Assembly (NCBI GenBank): GCA_002269645.1
Contig: NIVC01000269.1
Location: 620,001-684,000 of the forward strand
DNA: 64,000 nt
Direction of reading: 5' to 3'
Source of the DNA: Macrostomum lignano
Lineage: Eukaryota
Part shown: positions 10,801 through 22,028 of the stretch, piece by piece
Position numbering within the stretch: the first letter of the stretch is position 1
Layout of the letters: every line of letters begins with the position of its first letter
The notes under the pieces: model-generated
Database searches by the model: none
What the model was told of the DNA's origin: nothing
The model's input: only the letters and a program-made list of their open reading frames with translations
Made by a program: the position numbers and the translations under genes

Positions 10801-13800
10801 GTGGCAATGAGAGCGGCTGATCTGCGAATTCGGTTCTGCTGCTGTTGTAGCAGAAGCTGCTGCTGAGGATTTTCATCTGGCGTGTCCACCGACCAAGCCT
10901 GCTGTTCCGGCTCAGCGGTTGCCGGCTCTGGTGCAGCCGGGGATGACGAGGTGAACTCTGTGCCAGCAGCTGCGTTGGCGGACGTCTCAACAGGCTGAAT
11001 AGGCTTCTCATCAGACAGCTGCTGCTGCTGTTGCTGCTGTTGTTGCTGCTGTTGAACCTCTTGCGTCCAGAGCGACTGCAACTGCAGCGTGTTAATCAGC
11101 CTGTCTGGGCACTACAAATTTCAGCGAATTGTGCAAAAAAAATTTTTAGAACTTGCTTATTTTTTAAAGTTAAACTGCCAGTACTTTTATTGAGTTTACA
11201 AATCTGATAGGGTGACGGATTCCAAAGAAACTGAGGATCTGGGAGTGTTGTGCTTTTGGCTTTAGCCTTAAGCAATTGTCAGTCTAGCGGTCTGTTGACC
11301 TCTGACGCGTCTATTGGCCGTCGTCACTTGGACCGTTGCCACCGGGCTTGGAATCCCCCATTTCCGTAGTTCCGTGAGCCTCAGGTGCATTCAAAGATGC
11401 CATCGGTTCTTGTATGGCCGGAGGTTCACACTGATAACTGATCACCGGCCCCTCACATACATATTCGCGCCAGACAAACAGCTGCCCACCAGAGTTTCAG
11501 CTCGACTACAACGATGGGCAATCATGCTAGCTGCTTATGACTATGTCATACAGTATCGACCATCAAAGCTAATGCTGTCGGATGCGCTATCTCGACTGGT
11601 GCCCGCTAAGCCGAATGCACAGACAGCATCGATCGGACTCCTCGAAGCTGACAACCCGGGAGTAATTCAGCTGGATCGCATTGCACACGCAACCAGAGAG
11701 GACCCGGAGTTCAGATGCCTGGGCGCAGCCATAATTAGCAATAATCTATTTGACGACCCACACCTACTCAGCTACTCGAAAGTTCAAGATGAGCTAACTG
11801 TCAATGATGGAATTATTTACAGAATGAACAGAATTGTATTGCCTCGTGTCCTGAGAGAAACTGCCCTGGCAGCTGTACACTCAACGCACCTTGGGGTGGA
11901 AAAGTCAAAGTCAATTTTGAGGGAACAGTTCTGGTGGCCACAGATGGACCGTGACATCGCTGACTACATTGGACGATGCAACGTGTGCAACGCGTACAAG
12001 TCCAGAAATAAGAACTTTCGGCACTCGTGGCCAGAACCTGACAACCCCTGGGAGCGAGTGCACATTGATTTTGCCGGTCCGATAGAGGGCAAGTACCTAC
12101 TCATCATTGTGGATGCGCACTCGAGCTACCCGGAAGTCTTCATCACGAGCGACATGAAGGCCGACACAGTCATTTCCAGACTTAGAAGATTGTTCTCACA
12201 ACAGGGGGTGCCCAAGTGTCTCGTGTCAGACAACGGCCCTAGTTTTGTGAGCGAAGCGGTGACCGGCTGGCTCACCCAGATTGGCTGTTCGCACATCACA
12301 ACGCCCGCCTACCATCCACAGAGCAACGGCATTGCAGAGCGAATGGTGCGAACCGTCAAAGAGACAATCAAGACCAATGGTTTATCCCAAAGAAGTATTG
12401 ACAGATTTCTACTGTTCTACAGAGCTGCCAAAGGCAAGCAGCAAGCATCACCGTCCGAGTTGTTGAACGGCAGACAAATAAGACTCCCCATCTCGGAGAG
12501 CAGCACTCAGTCCAAGTGGATCCCAGGAGAATCACTCATCTACCGTGCATCGAGTTCTCATGAGCCACGAACTGTGAGATTCGCCAAAATGCTTGGCAGC
12601 AACACAGCAGTCGTCACCACAGAGACTGGACGAAATCTAAAGACCCACCTCGATCAACTACGAATCGGTGAGGTACCTGAGGCTCACGGAACTACGGAAA
12701 TGGGGGATTCCAAGCCCGGTGGCAACGGTCCAAGTGACGACGGCCAATAGACGCGTCAGAGGTCAACAGACCGCTAGACTGACAATTGCTTAAGGCTAAA
12801 GCCAAAAGCACAACAGGGAGGCTGGCCCAGCAACTGAGGATCTGGGAGACTGGCTTAGCAACTGAGGATCTGGGAGGCTGGCCCAGCAACTGAGGATCTG
12901 GGAGGCTGGCCCAGCAACTGAGGATCTGGGAGGCTGGCCCAGCAACTGAGGATCTGGGAGGCTGGCCCAGCAACTGAGGATCTGGGAGGCTGGCCCAGCA
13001 ACTGAGGATCTGGGAGACTGGCCCAGCAACTGAGGATCTGGGAGGCTGGCCCAGCAACTGAGGATCTGGGAGGCTGGCCCAGCAACTGAGGATCTGGGAG
13101 ACTGGCCCAGCAACTGAGGATCTGGGAGGCTGGCCCAGCAACTGAGGATCTGGGAGGCTGGCCCAGCAACTGAGGATCTGGGAGGCTGGCCCAGCAACTG
13201 AGGGTCTGGGAGACTGGCTTAGCAACTGAGGATCTGGGAGGCTGGCCCAGCAACTGAGGATCTGGGAGGCTGGCCCAGAAACTGAGGATCTGGGAGGCTG
13301 GCCCAGCAACTGAGGATCTGGGAGGCTGGCCCAGCAACTGAGGATCTGGGAGACTGGCCCAGCAACTGAGGATCTGGGAGACTGGCCCAGAAACTGAGGA
13401 TCTGGGAGGCTGGTGGCCCAGCAACTGAGGATCTGGGAGACTGGCCCAGCAACTGAGGATCTGGGAGACTGGCCCAGCAACTGAGGATCTGGGAGACTGG
13501 CCCAGAAACTGAGGATCTGGGAGGCTGGTGGCCCAGCAACTGAGGATCTGGGAGACTGGCCCAGCAACTGAGGATCTGGGAGGCTGGCCCAGCAACTGAG
13601 GATCTGGGAGACTGGCCCAGAAACTGAGGATCTGGGAGGCTGGTGGCCCAGCAACTGAGGATCGGGGAGACTGGCCCAGCAACTGAGGATCTGGGAGGCT
13701 GGCCCAGCAACTGAGGATCTGGGAGGCTGGCCCTTCAACTGAGGATCTGGGAGGCTGGCCCAGCAACTGAGGATCTGGGAGGCTGGCCCAGCAACTGAGC

Positions 13801-14162
13801 AGTATGGCAACAAAACATAAGGACTTACGCAGACCACTTCTATTCGGCGATCAAGATAAATGGTTTTGTGCAAATCAGAGCGAGCCTTGGCAGCACTGGC
13901 GGCCTGTCTGAAAACCACAATGCCCAAGTAGGACTTGCTTGACGAGGATGCGCCACCTCTGCTATTGGCTACCACCTGGATTCGCAGCACCTGATTGGTT
14001 GGACAGAAGCAAAGTAATTAGCTTAATTAACTGGATAATGGAAGAAAAAGACAAAAGGCCATAACTCACCTCGCCATATGGAGAAAATAACAGCCTTAGA
14101 TGGTTGGCTGTTACTGAATGATTCAGATTCTTGATTAGCAAAATATTGCTACTATTTAGCAT
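7821..14162 (-). CDS. 4-exon RRM-domain protein with a long Q/S/A-rich low-complexity region and a C-terminal coiled coil (607 aa as reconstructed)
   Basis: Exons 14162-14070, 13990-13829, 11081-9844 and 8151-7821, all GT-AG and in frame (1824 nt). RRM: ILLIKNL (RNP2), LRLLFSPYGEV, SYLGIVVF (RNP1), AAKARSDLHKTIYLDRRIEV. The exon 3/4 junction gives the continuous coiled coil ELADR-ETKLAESNSRLSE. An alternative in-frame acceptor at 11075 is possible and the start codon is not proven. Confidence 0.75.
8229..9782. repeat. 30-bp minisatellite (AGCTGACATTTCCAAAGCTACTCAAACTG[A/C/T]), about 52 copies, in intron 3 of the RRM gene
   Basis: Near-perfect tandem units that vary almost only at one position. 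Confidence 0.97.
11246..12815 (+). mobile_element. 1570-bp TIR element encoding a Gypsy-type integrase (Ginger-like architecture)
   Basis: 11246-11386 is the exact reverse complement of 12675-12815 (141 bp). Ends are TGTTGTG...CACAACA. GGGAG occurs at both 11241-11245 and 12816-12820 (5-bp TSD) and only once per unit of the host 28-bp array. Confidence 0.85.
11314..12750 (+). CDS. Gypsy (Mag-like) RNase H C-terminal remnant plus a complete integrase; first ATG at 11524
   Basis: FTLITDHRPL...RLQRWA...DALSRL (RNase H end), zinc-binding HSTH...CNVC, and the DDE core HIDFAGP / VSDNGPSF / PQSNGIAERMV. No stops or frameshifts. Confidence 0.9.
   Translation: MAVVTWTVATGLGIPHFRSSVSLRCIQRCHRFLYGRRFTLITDHRPLTYIFAPDKQLPTRVSARLQRWAIMLAAYDYVIQYRPSKLMLSDALSRLVPAKPNAQTASIGLLEADNPGVIQLDRIAHATREDPEFRCLGAAIISNNLFDDPHLLSYSKVQDELTVNDGIIYRMNRIVLPRVLRETALAAVHSTHLGVEKSKSILREQFWWPQMDRDIADYIGRCNVCNAYKSRNKNFRHSWPEPDNPWERVHIDFAGPIEGKYLLIIVDAHSSYPEVFITSDMKADTVISRLRRLFSQQGVPKCLVSDNGPSFVSEAVTGWLTQIGCSHITTPAYHPQSNGIAERMVRTVKETIKTNGLSQRSIDRFLLFYRAAKGKQQASPSELLNGRQIRLPISESSTQSKWIPGESLIYRASSSHEPRTVRFAKMLGSNTAVVTTETGRNLKTHLDQLRIGEVPEAHGTTEMGDSKPGGNGPSDDGQ
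12821..13800. repeat. 28-bp minisatellite (GCTGGCCCAGCAACTGAGGATCTGGGAG), about 35 copies; one partial unit is left at 11228-11245
   Basis: Directly visible tandem units. The array is split by the TIR/integrase element. Confidence 0.95.
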
Positions 14163-15821
14163 TGTGCATGCATGAAATGAAATTTGAAAAATATTTGCTA
14201 TTCATTTGGTTGTCACAAATGTAAAATATCAAATATATCAATATTGAACAAAGTAATTACAATATTATTTAACTAAATAATTAGTGACTTATAGCAACCA
14301 AGTGAAAATGTAGGAAAATACATTTTGCTATAATTTGCCATTTCTGTCTACTTATCTAGCATAATGACTTATCTATTATAGCATTAGATAATGTTTTAAA
14401 AGCCAAGTTCTCATATCTTATCTACTTTATTAATATTGTTTGTCTATAAAATGCATAATATTTTCATAAAATTTTAGCTTATAATTTTAACAAATGAATC
14501 GTAGATAATAGATTTTTACTATTTATAAACCAAAAAATTATGTATAAACAATCAAAGATTTTATTTTTAAAGCTGAGATTTAAAGCTGAGATACAATCAA
14601 AGATTTAATGCTGAGATTTAAAGCTGAGATACAATCAAAGATTTAATTTTAAAACTATTACTATTTATATAGTAATAACACTAACTAGATAGTGAGTAAA
14701 GACAATTAAAATTATTCTTATAGCTTATCTACTATATTACAATAGAATTTAACAAGGTAAATAAAAATTATCCTATGAGATTTGACTAGTAACCCAAAAA
14801 ATCATATAACTATTATATAATATCAATTTGTTTATCATACTATTAATTTAAATAAATAGCAAATAATAAAAATAGTACATTTGGGATAGCAAAATTTGCC
14901 AGTTGACATTTGCCATTGGGACATTTGCTTGCTAGACATTTGCAAGTGGCAATTGGTTAAAGAAGTATACCCACTAGGTTTATATATAGACATATAATCT
15001 AATCTAATCTAATCTAATCCCACCTTGCTCCTTACTACTGCTACTAAATGTACAGGTTGCTATAAGAATATAAATTACTACTTATTGTAATATTCTTTGT
15101 CTTCTTGATATTTTTTTGGGTATTTTTTATAATAGGTATACAATTAAATACTATACATTAAAAATTAGACATTAATATATATTTTTATGCCAAAAGTAAA
15201 GTTACTTCAGGTTGGATTATATGCAAAGTTTTTTACAATAAATTTAGAGAATATGCCAATATACAAACAAATTTCATTATAAGCTATAAGGCATTGATTT
15301 TAGGTTTTCTTCTAGTTTAACACATTTCATTATTTTTTATGAAGCAATAAAAATGAAGAACAATATAAAGTATGATAAACTGAATGATAAATGGACAGTT
15401 TCAGACTTTGTAGTAATGTGCCACCCAGAAAAGGATATTGCCAAAGGGTAAATATAAAAAATATAATGTACAATGGTAATGGTGCCATAGAAATTTGTCA
15501 AAATGGGTGTCAAATAAGGCCTTGGATAAACATTAGCAATAGGAATTATCAAAGTGGGTAATAGGCTACTGCAAAATATCTGGCCTTGATTGTTTAAAAG
15601 AAGAGTTGTTCAAGATTGACAAAAATAAATCTTTTCAATTCCTAGTCCTCTTGTCCTAGTCATTTTTCAAAAAACCAAGCATGATGATAGGTTTTAGCTT
15701 TAGACATAGCAAATAGCCATCTCAAACTAGTAGACATATACATAAAATTGATGCATTACAACACTTTAAATTTGCATAACTTTAAATATTTTATCCTTGC
15801 AATAACTAAGTCAATTTTTTG

Positions 15822-16213
15822 TAGAGGTCGGACGGGATCCCAATCCCAATCTCGAAATCTTGGGATCCTAAGGAAAATTGAATTCCTGCGAGACTAGAAT
15901 CCCGACCATAAAAAACTTGAGATTTGGGAACAGGTCTTTTGATTAATGATTTATAGAATTAGTGATTACTTGAAGGTATTTTGCTTTAACTTGTACTCGT
16001 TACATTATTTACTTTGTTGGTTGAAAACTTCATATCAATTTCGTTGTGTTTTACTTCTTGATCTTGACAATCTTTTCTCAATTTTGTTTAACTTTACATG
16101 GACAATACACTAAAAGACCTGATCCCAATTCCCAAATCCTGATCACAATCCCGAGAAAAAAATTATTCCTAATCCTGATCCCGCCCAAAGATTTCAATCC
16201 CATCCGACCTCTA
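15822..16213. mobile_element. MITE with about 17-bp TIRs (TAGAGGTCGGA[C/T]GGGAT), hAT-like
   Basis: The TIR pair is visible and internal ATCCC[A/G] subterminal motifs are present. The flanks ATTTTTTG and ATTTTTGT approximate an 8-bp TSD but differ by one T. Confidence 0.6.
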
Positions 16214-16596
16214 ATTTTTGTAAAAAAATTAAATGTCCAAAACTAGAAGACAGCCATTTTTATATACCTAATAGTTATGCTATATTCCTAAAGATTTTAT
16301 AGGCCTACCAAACTTTTATAAGTATATATTTGTTTTGATATGCATTATGTAATATACTAATGTAATATAGTTCCAATGTGAATTTTGGGCGATTTTCCTC
16401 TTTCGTTCGGGTCGTTCTCAAAATCAGGCACTGCTTATGCTTCCGTTTTTTTTCTTTAAAAATTCGTGACGCAATCTTTACATAAGAACGCATTATAGAT
16501 GCAACAAACGTATTTTGTGTCGTAAACCACAACAAAATGTCAGGACAGCATGGAATGCCGCTTTGTTTAAATTTTATTATTGGAATTATTTTATTG

Positions 16597-19500
16597 CACC
16601 CGAGTGGCATCGATAAAAACCCGGACTAAAGGTACAAAAACGAGTGCATAAGATCGGGTAAATGCCATGTCATATGCCACGGTGACATGTCTTCTACCCA
16701 ATTAAAAGCGGGCTTGTGTATAAATCCAATGAACTAATTTCGGCGCATAATTAAAATCGTTATTTTGCTGCTTTTAATATAGATCGATGGATTAGTTCAA
16801 ACAGTGGAAAGAAGTTTCATTGATACTGCAATATTACTAGTTGCATTGCAAAGTGTAGAGTATTTAAATCAGAATGAGAACTGTTATCAGGGAACTGTCT
16901 ATTTATAATACCTTTAAACATTTAATAAAAGAAGGCCTAACCATCTATACAGGCCTATTATGTAGGGTATACTGTATATAGATCTTTTTAATTTATAAAG
17001 ACCTATCTTTGTTCATTTATTTTTAATCAATGCTAAGCCTCCACTATAATTATATGTTATTAAAATATATCATTATAAAATAGTTGGGCCCTATACTAGC
17101 TAGGGTTATACTTAGAGCTTGCAAATTTATATCAAATTTATATCCAACATTTTTCTAATCCTGATCTTTTTAGAAATTTAGCTTTTCTTTAGCTTAGTAA
17201 GTTAGTATTTTTAGAATAGATATAATTTTTTAGCCTTTATATATTTTTTTCAATTTAGTTTCTTTTCTAGCTAAATTCCTTATTTGAATTTTTAGTTTAA
17301 ATTAATCTTTAAAAGCTACTTTATCCTTAAGCCTAGCCTTAATTTGTCTAACAATATAGCTTTCCCTTATCTTAATCATAATCCTTTAAAGAATCTAGTA
17401 GCTCTATAACCCTAATCCTTTAAGTAATCTATCCTCTCTCTTATCTTAATCATCTAAGAAATTTAGCCACTTTCCTATCTCAATCCTCTAGGAATTTAGC
17501 TGCTTTCTTATCTAAATCTTCTAGGGCATCTAGCCACTCCCAATTCCCAATCTTCTGGGGAATTCAGCCACCCTCCCTTCTCAATCCTCTAGGGAATCCA
17601 GCTGCTTTCTTATCCAGATCTTCTAAGGAATCCAGGCACTCCCCTTTCCCAATCCTCTGAATAATCTAGCTGCTTTCTTATCCAAATCCTTTAGGGAATC
17701 CAGCCACTTCTCTTTCCCAATCCTCTAGAAAATCCAGCCACTCCATTTTCCCAATCCTCTAGGAAATTTAGCTGCTTTTTTATCCAAATCCTCTAGAGAA
17801 TCTAGCCACTCCTCTTTCCTAATCCTCTAGGGAATATAGCCCCTCCTCTTTACAAACCCTCTGCGGAATCTAGCCAATCCCCTTTCCTAATCCTTTGGGG
17901 AATCTAGCCACTCCCCTTCCCAATACTCTAGGGAATTTAGCTGCTTTCTTATCCAAATCCTCTAGGGAATCTAGCCACTCCCCTTTACAAATCTTTTAGG
18001 GAATCCAGCCACTCCCCATTCCCAATCCTCTGGGGAATCTAGCCACTCCCCTTTCCTAATCCTCTGGGGAATCCAGCCACTCCCCTTTCCTAATCCTCTG
18101 GGGAATCTAGCCACTCACCTTTCCTAATCCTTTGGGGAATCCAGCCACTCCCCTTTCCTAATCCTCTGGGGAATCCAGCCACTCACCTTTCCTAATCCTC
18201 TGGGGAATCTAGAGACTCCCCTTTCCTAATCCTCTGGGGAATCCAGAGACTCCCCTTTCCTAATCCTCTGGGGAATCCAGCCACTCCCCTTTCCTAATCC
18301 TCTGGGGAATCCAATCCAGCCACTCCCCATTCCCAATCCTCTGGGGAATCCAATCCAGCCACTCCCCTTTCCCAATCCTCTAGAAAATCCAGCCACTCCA
18401 TTTTCCCAATCCTCTAGGAAATTTAGCTGCTTTTTTATCCAAATCCTCAAGAGAATCTAGCCACTCCCCTTTACAAATCTTTTAGGGAATCCAGCCACTC
18501 CCCTTTCCTAATCCTCTGGGGAATCCAGCCACTCACCTTTCCTAATCCTCTGGGGAATCCAGCCACTCACCTTTCCTAATCCTCTGGGGAATCCAGCCAC
18601 TCCCCTTTCCCAATCCTCTAGGGAATCCAGCCACTCCCCTTTCCCAATCCTCTGGGGAATCAAGCCACGACCCTTTCCCAATCCTCTGGGGAATCAAGCC
18701 ACGACCCTTTCCCAATCCTCTGGGGAATCCACCCACTTCTCTTTCCCAATCCTCTGGGGAATTTAGCTGCTTTCTTATCCAAATCCTCTAGGGAATCTAG
18801 CCACTCCCCTTTACAAATCTTTTAGGGAATCCAGCCACTCCCCATTCCCAATCCTCTGGGGAATCCAGCCACTCCCCTTTCCAAATCCTCTAGGGAATCT
18901 AGCCACTCCCCTTTACAAATCTTCTAAGGAATCCACCCACTTCTCTTTCCCAATCCTCGGGGGAATTTAGCTGCTTTCTTATCCAAATCCTCTGGGGAAT
19001 CCAGCCACTCCCCTCTCCTAATCCTCTGGGGAATCCAGCCACTCCCCTCTCCTAATCCTCTGGGGAATCCAGCCACTTCTCTTTCCCAATCCTCTGGGGA
19101 ATTTATCTGCTTTCTTATCCAAATCCTCTGGGGAATCCAGCCACTCCCCATTCCCAATCCTCTGGGGAATCCAGCCACTCCCCTTTCCAAATCCTCTAGG
19201 GAATCTAGCCACTCCCCTTTACAAATCCTCTGGGGAATCCAGCCACGCCCCTTTCCTAATCCTCTGGGGAATCCAGCCACTCCCCTTTCCCAATCCTCTG
19301 GGGAATCCAGCCACTTCTCTTTCCCAATCCTCTGGGGAATCCAGCCACTCCCCTTTCCCAATCCTTTGAGGAATCAAGCCTCTCTCCCATCCCATTCCTC
19401 CAGGGAATTCAGCCACTCTTTACCCAATCCTCTGGGGAATCCAGCCACTTCTCTTTCCCAATCCTCTAGGGAATCCAGCCACTCCCCATTCCCAATCCTC

Positions 19501-19850
19501 TGGGGAATCCAGCCACTCTTTACCCAATCCTCTAGGGAATCCAGCCGCTCCCCTTTTCCAATCCTCTGGGGAATCCAGCCACTCTCCTTTCCTAATCCTT
19601 TGGGGAATCCAGCCACTCCCCTTTCCTAATCCTCTGGGGAATCCAGCCACTCCCCTTTCCTAATCCTCTGGGGAATCCAGCCACTTCTCTTTCCCAATCC
19701 TCTGGGGAATCCAGCCACTCCCCTTTCCCAATCCTCTAGGGAATCCAGTCAGTCCCCTTTCCCAATCCTTTGAGGAATCAAGCCTCTCTCCCATCCCATT
19801 CCTCCAGGGAATTCAGCCACTCTCCTATCGTAATCCTTTGGGAGAATCAA
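16597..19850 (+). repeat. Left TIR arm: about 0.7 kb of AT-rich sequence followed by a roughly 33-bp satellite (TCCTCTGGGGAATCCAGCCACTCCCCTTTCCCAA)
   Basis: Reverse complement of the right arm. The satellite is recognisable from about 17340 and becomes more consensus-like inward. Confidence 0.9.
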
Positions 19851-20086
19851 ACGTCTAACAATTATATTCCTTATCTCCATCCTTTTATATTTCCACTTTC
19901 CTTTTTATTCATTTAAGGAAATCATGTTTTATAATATAATATTATAATATTTGTTATAGTTGCGTCCAAATCTTTGAAGACGAAGAATGAGCAACATCTA
20001 GACATTTTCCAGCTTGTTGGTGATTCGTTAAATGTGAGGTATTGATACTTTTACTTTCAGTTATTTGAAATATCAGTTATCGTAGA

Positions 20087-20358
20087 TGTTAGTCAGTGCA
20101 AATCGAGAGCCAAAAGTTTGCGAGGCGAGACGAAAGTGCCAAGTGCACTGACATACGATACGATTTATTATAAGCGAGGTTCCATAGCAGCCCCTCAACC
20201 CAAGGGCTAAAACACCAACAGTGTACATTAAAGTCACGATAGAGCAGAGACGTGCAAAGAGCGTGAGCCCAGACAAAGAGCGCACGCACAGGAATAAAAT
20301 CACAAACGATACGCGGAGTAAAAGCACACGCCCAACCCCCCACGCAACAGGCCCAACA
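20087..20358 (-). repeat. Possible solo-LTR-like fragment
   Basis: The minus strand begins TGTTGGG, ends CTAACA and contains AATAAA. No matching TSD was found. Confidence 0.3.
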
Positions 20359-20695
20359 TTTGAAAAAGCAACAATAGGCGAAATCCTAGGCCTTTATTAT
20401 CTGTATAAAGTTTAGCGTGGCTGATGATGCACTATGAGCACTGAAGATTTTGAAGCTTCCTTGTGTACTTTAAGTAACACCCCGACGGCCAGTAATCCCG
20501 CCCGGCTGTCCCCTGTCCTTCCGCCCTCCGCAGGGCCCTACTTCGACTCAACAGTAGAGACATTAGGGCGGTGCCATGCCCTCTTAGGCTATGGCTGTTT
20601 TGCCGCGCATCGTTACCTCCAGGGAAAAAATCCGTAGCGAGAAATTATGCCCATTCTGCCCCTGCGGTTGAAAATCCGGAGCACTATTACATATA

Positions 20696-20934
20696 CTCAG
20701 CAACAGCTAACCCCCCCCCAACTCACGCTGTCACACGGGCACAAAAGTTAAGCAGTCTTTAATTCCCACCACTGGGTTGAGTTGCGCCACCCCCTCCCCA
20801 AATCCCCCATGCCGCATTTTGCGCTCGCGTCTGGCGGCGGCAGCCTTCACACATTTCTGAATCACCGATGGCATACAAAACTTTTGGGCCGTGTGACAGC
20901 GTGAGTTGGGGGGGGGGGTTTAGCTGTTGCTGAG
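20696..20934. mobile_element. 239-bp MITE with about 55-bp TIRs flanked by TA (Tc1/mariner-type target)
   Basis: CTCAGCAACAGCTAA-(C)n-AACTCACGCTGTCACACGG at the left end is mirrored at 20879-20934, with TA on both sides. Confidence 0.7.
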
Positions 20935-22028
20935 TATATATACACACTGCTGAGAATTGAAAAGTATATTCCACCTTTAGCTAGTGATCTCAATTTTTCT
21001 CTGATCGGAATTGCAAGTAACGCAACTGGCATCACGCGCGGGGAGCGGCATTATTATGTATTTAATGTAATACTACTGCATGGTTTCCTTGGTCATAAAT
21101 GTCTAGGAAACTGTTTTTGGCAAAAATCGGATCTGTCTCACTTCTCTCCTTTCCGCGGCCCCTTGTTCATCCCCCGGTCGCTTTGTCACCTGTCGCGCTT
21201 TGAGGCGCTTATCGAGTTCGAGCCCCGGTTCATTTCTTTTTCCGTTGCCCGACCGCAGTAGTCTTGCCGCCGTAACATTCGCGGCGACCTCGTTCAGAGT
21301 TTGTCAGCAAGCGCGGTTTAGTCAGGAGCGGCCAGGGACTCGCTGAACTGTCAGGCCGTAAGTGTCCTCTTCATACACTTCATACCGACGTTTAATTGGT
21401 ATAACTGTCTTGACGTTAATCTTGGTCCATTTCGCGATCGACCGGCCGCTCACCTCTGTCCAAAGCTTCAATGACCAAACTGTGCATCTTCTTATCTCAA
21501 ACAGAGTGCAAAATGCTATATCAAACCTGTGTAAATTTCAAGTTAATCGCGAATACACGGGTTAAAGCCTACTATCATTATCAGCCGTTCTATCAGAATA
21601 GGATTATCACTCAATCTAGATCTACGAGTATCTGGAATTGTGTTCAACCGTGTTATTCATTTACTTGTATACAGTACCTGCGACATTAGAGAAAGCTTGG
21701 TAGGACTCGCCGACCGGCCATAGGCAAATAGGACTCAATGGTTTTAAAATCTTCAATTGTAGGTTTGTCTAGCCTACAACCTAAACTATCCTCTGTATCG
21801 CAATATTTTCAAATAGACCGACGCGAAAGGGGGCCATCACAAACTCGAAAAAGAATAGGGTAAGGGGTCAGGGTTAGAGCCTTACCGGACTGTCGAGGAG
21901 GCATACACCTCATTGCATCAGAGCGACTGTTGGTCATGGAGCTGCACAATGCTGGATAGCGAACCCTCTCTATCAACCAGGAGCCCGGTGACGATGAAAT
22001 TGAGTTTAGATTGATGATTTTGTACGTA

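Noticed and set aside
8229-11081. 950-aa minus-strand ORF including SFGNVSFSLS repeats as a single protein
   Set aside because: A GT donor at 9843 and AG acceptor at 8152 splice the repeat out and restore a continuous coiled coil, so the repeat part is intronic read-through.
12692-13828. ORFs with PDPQLLGQPPRSSVAG repeats
   Set aside because: These are translations of the 28-bp intronic minisatellite; the true exon ends at TGC|GTAAGT (13829).
21880-21930. HDV-like ribozyme suggested by CCTCCTCG on the minus strand
   Set aside because: The P3 and P1 pairings and the J4/2 catalytic C could not be formed.
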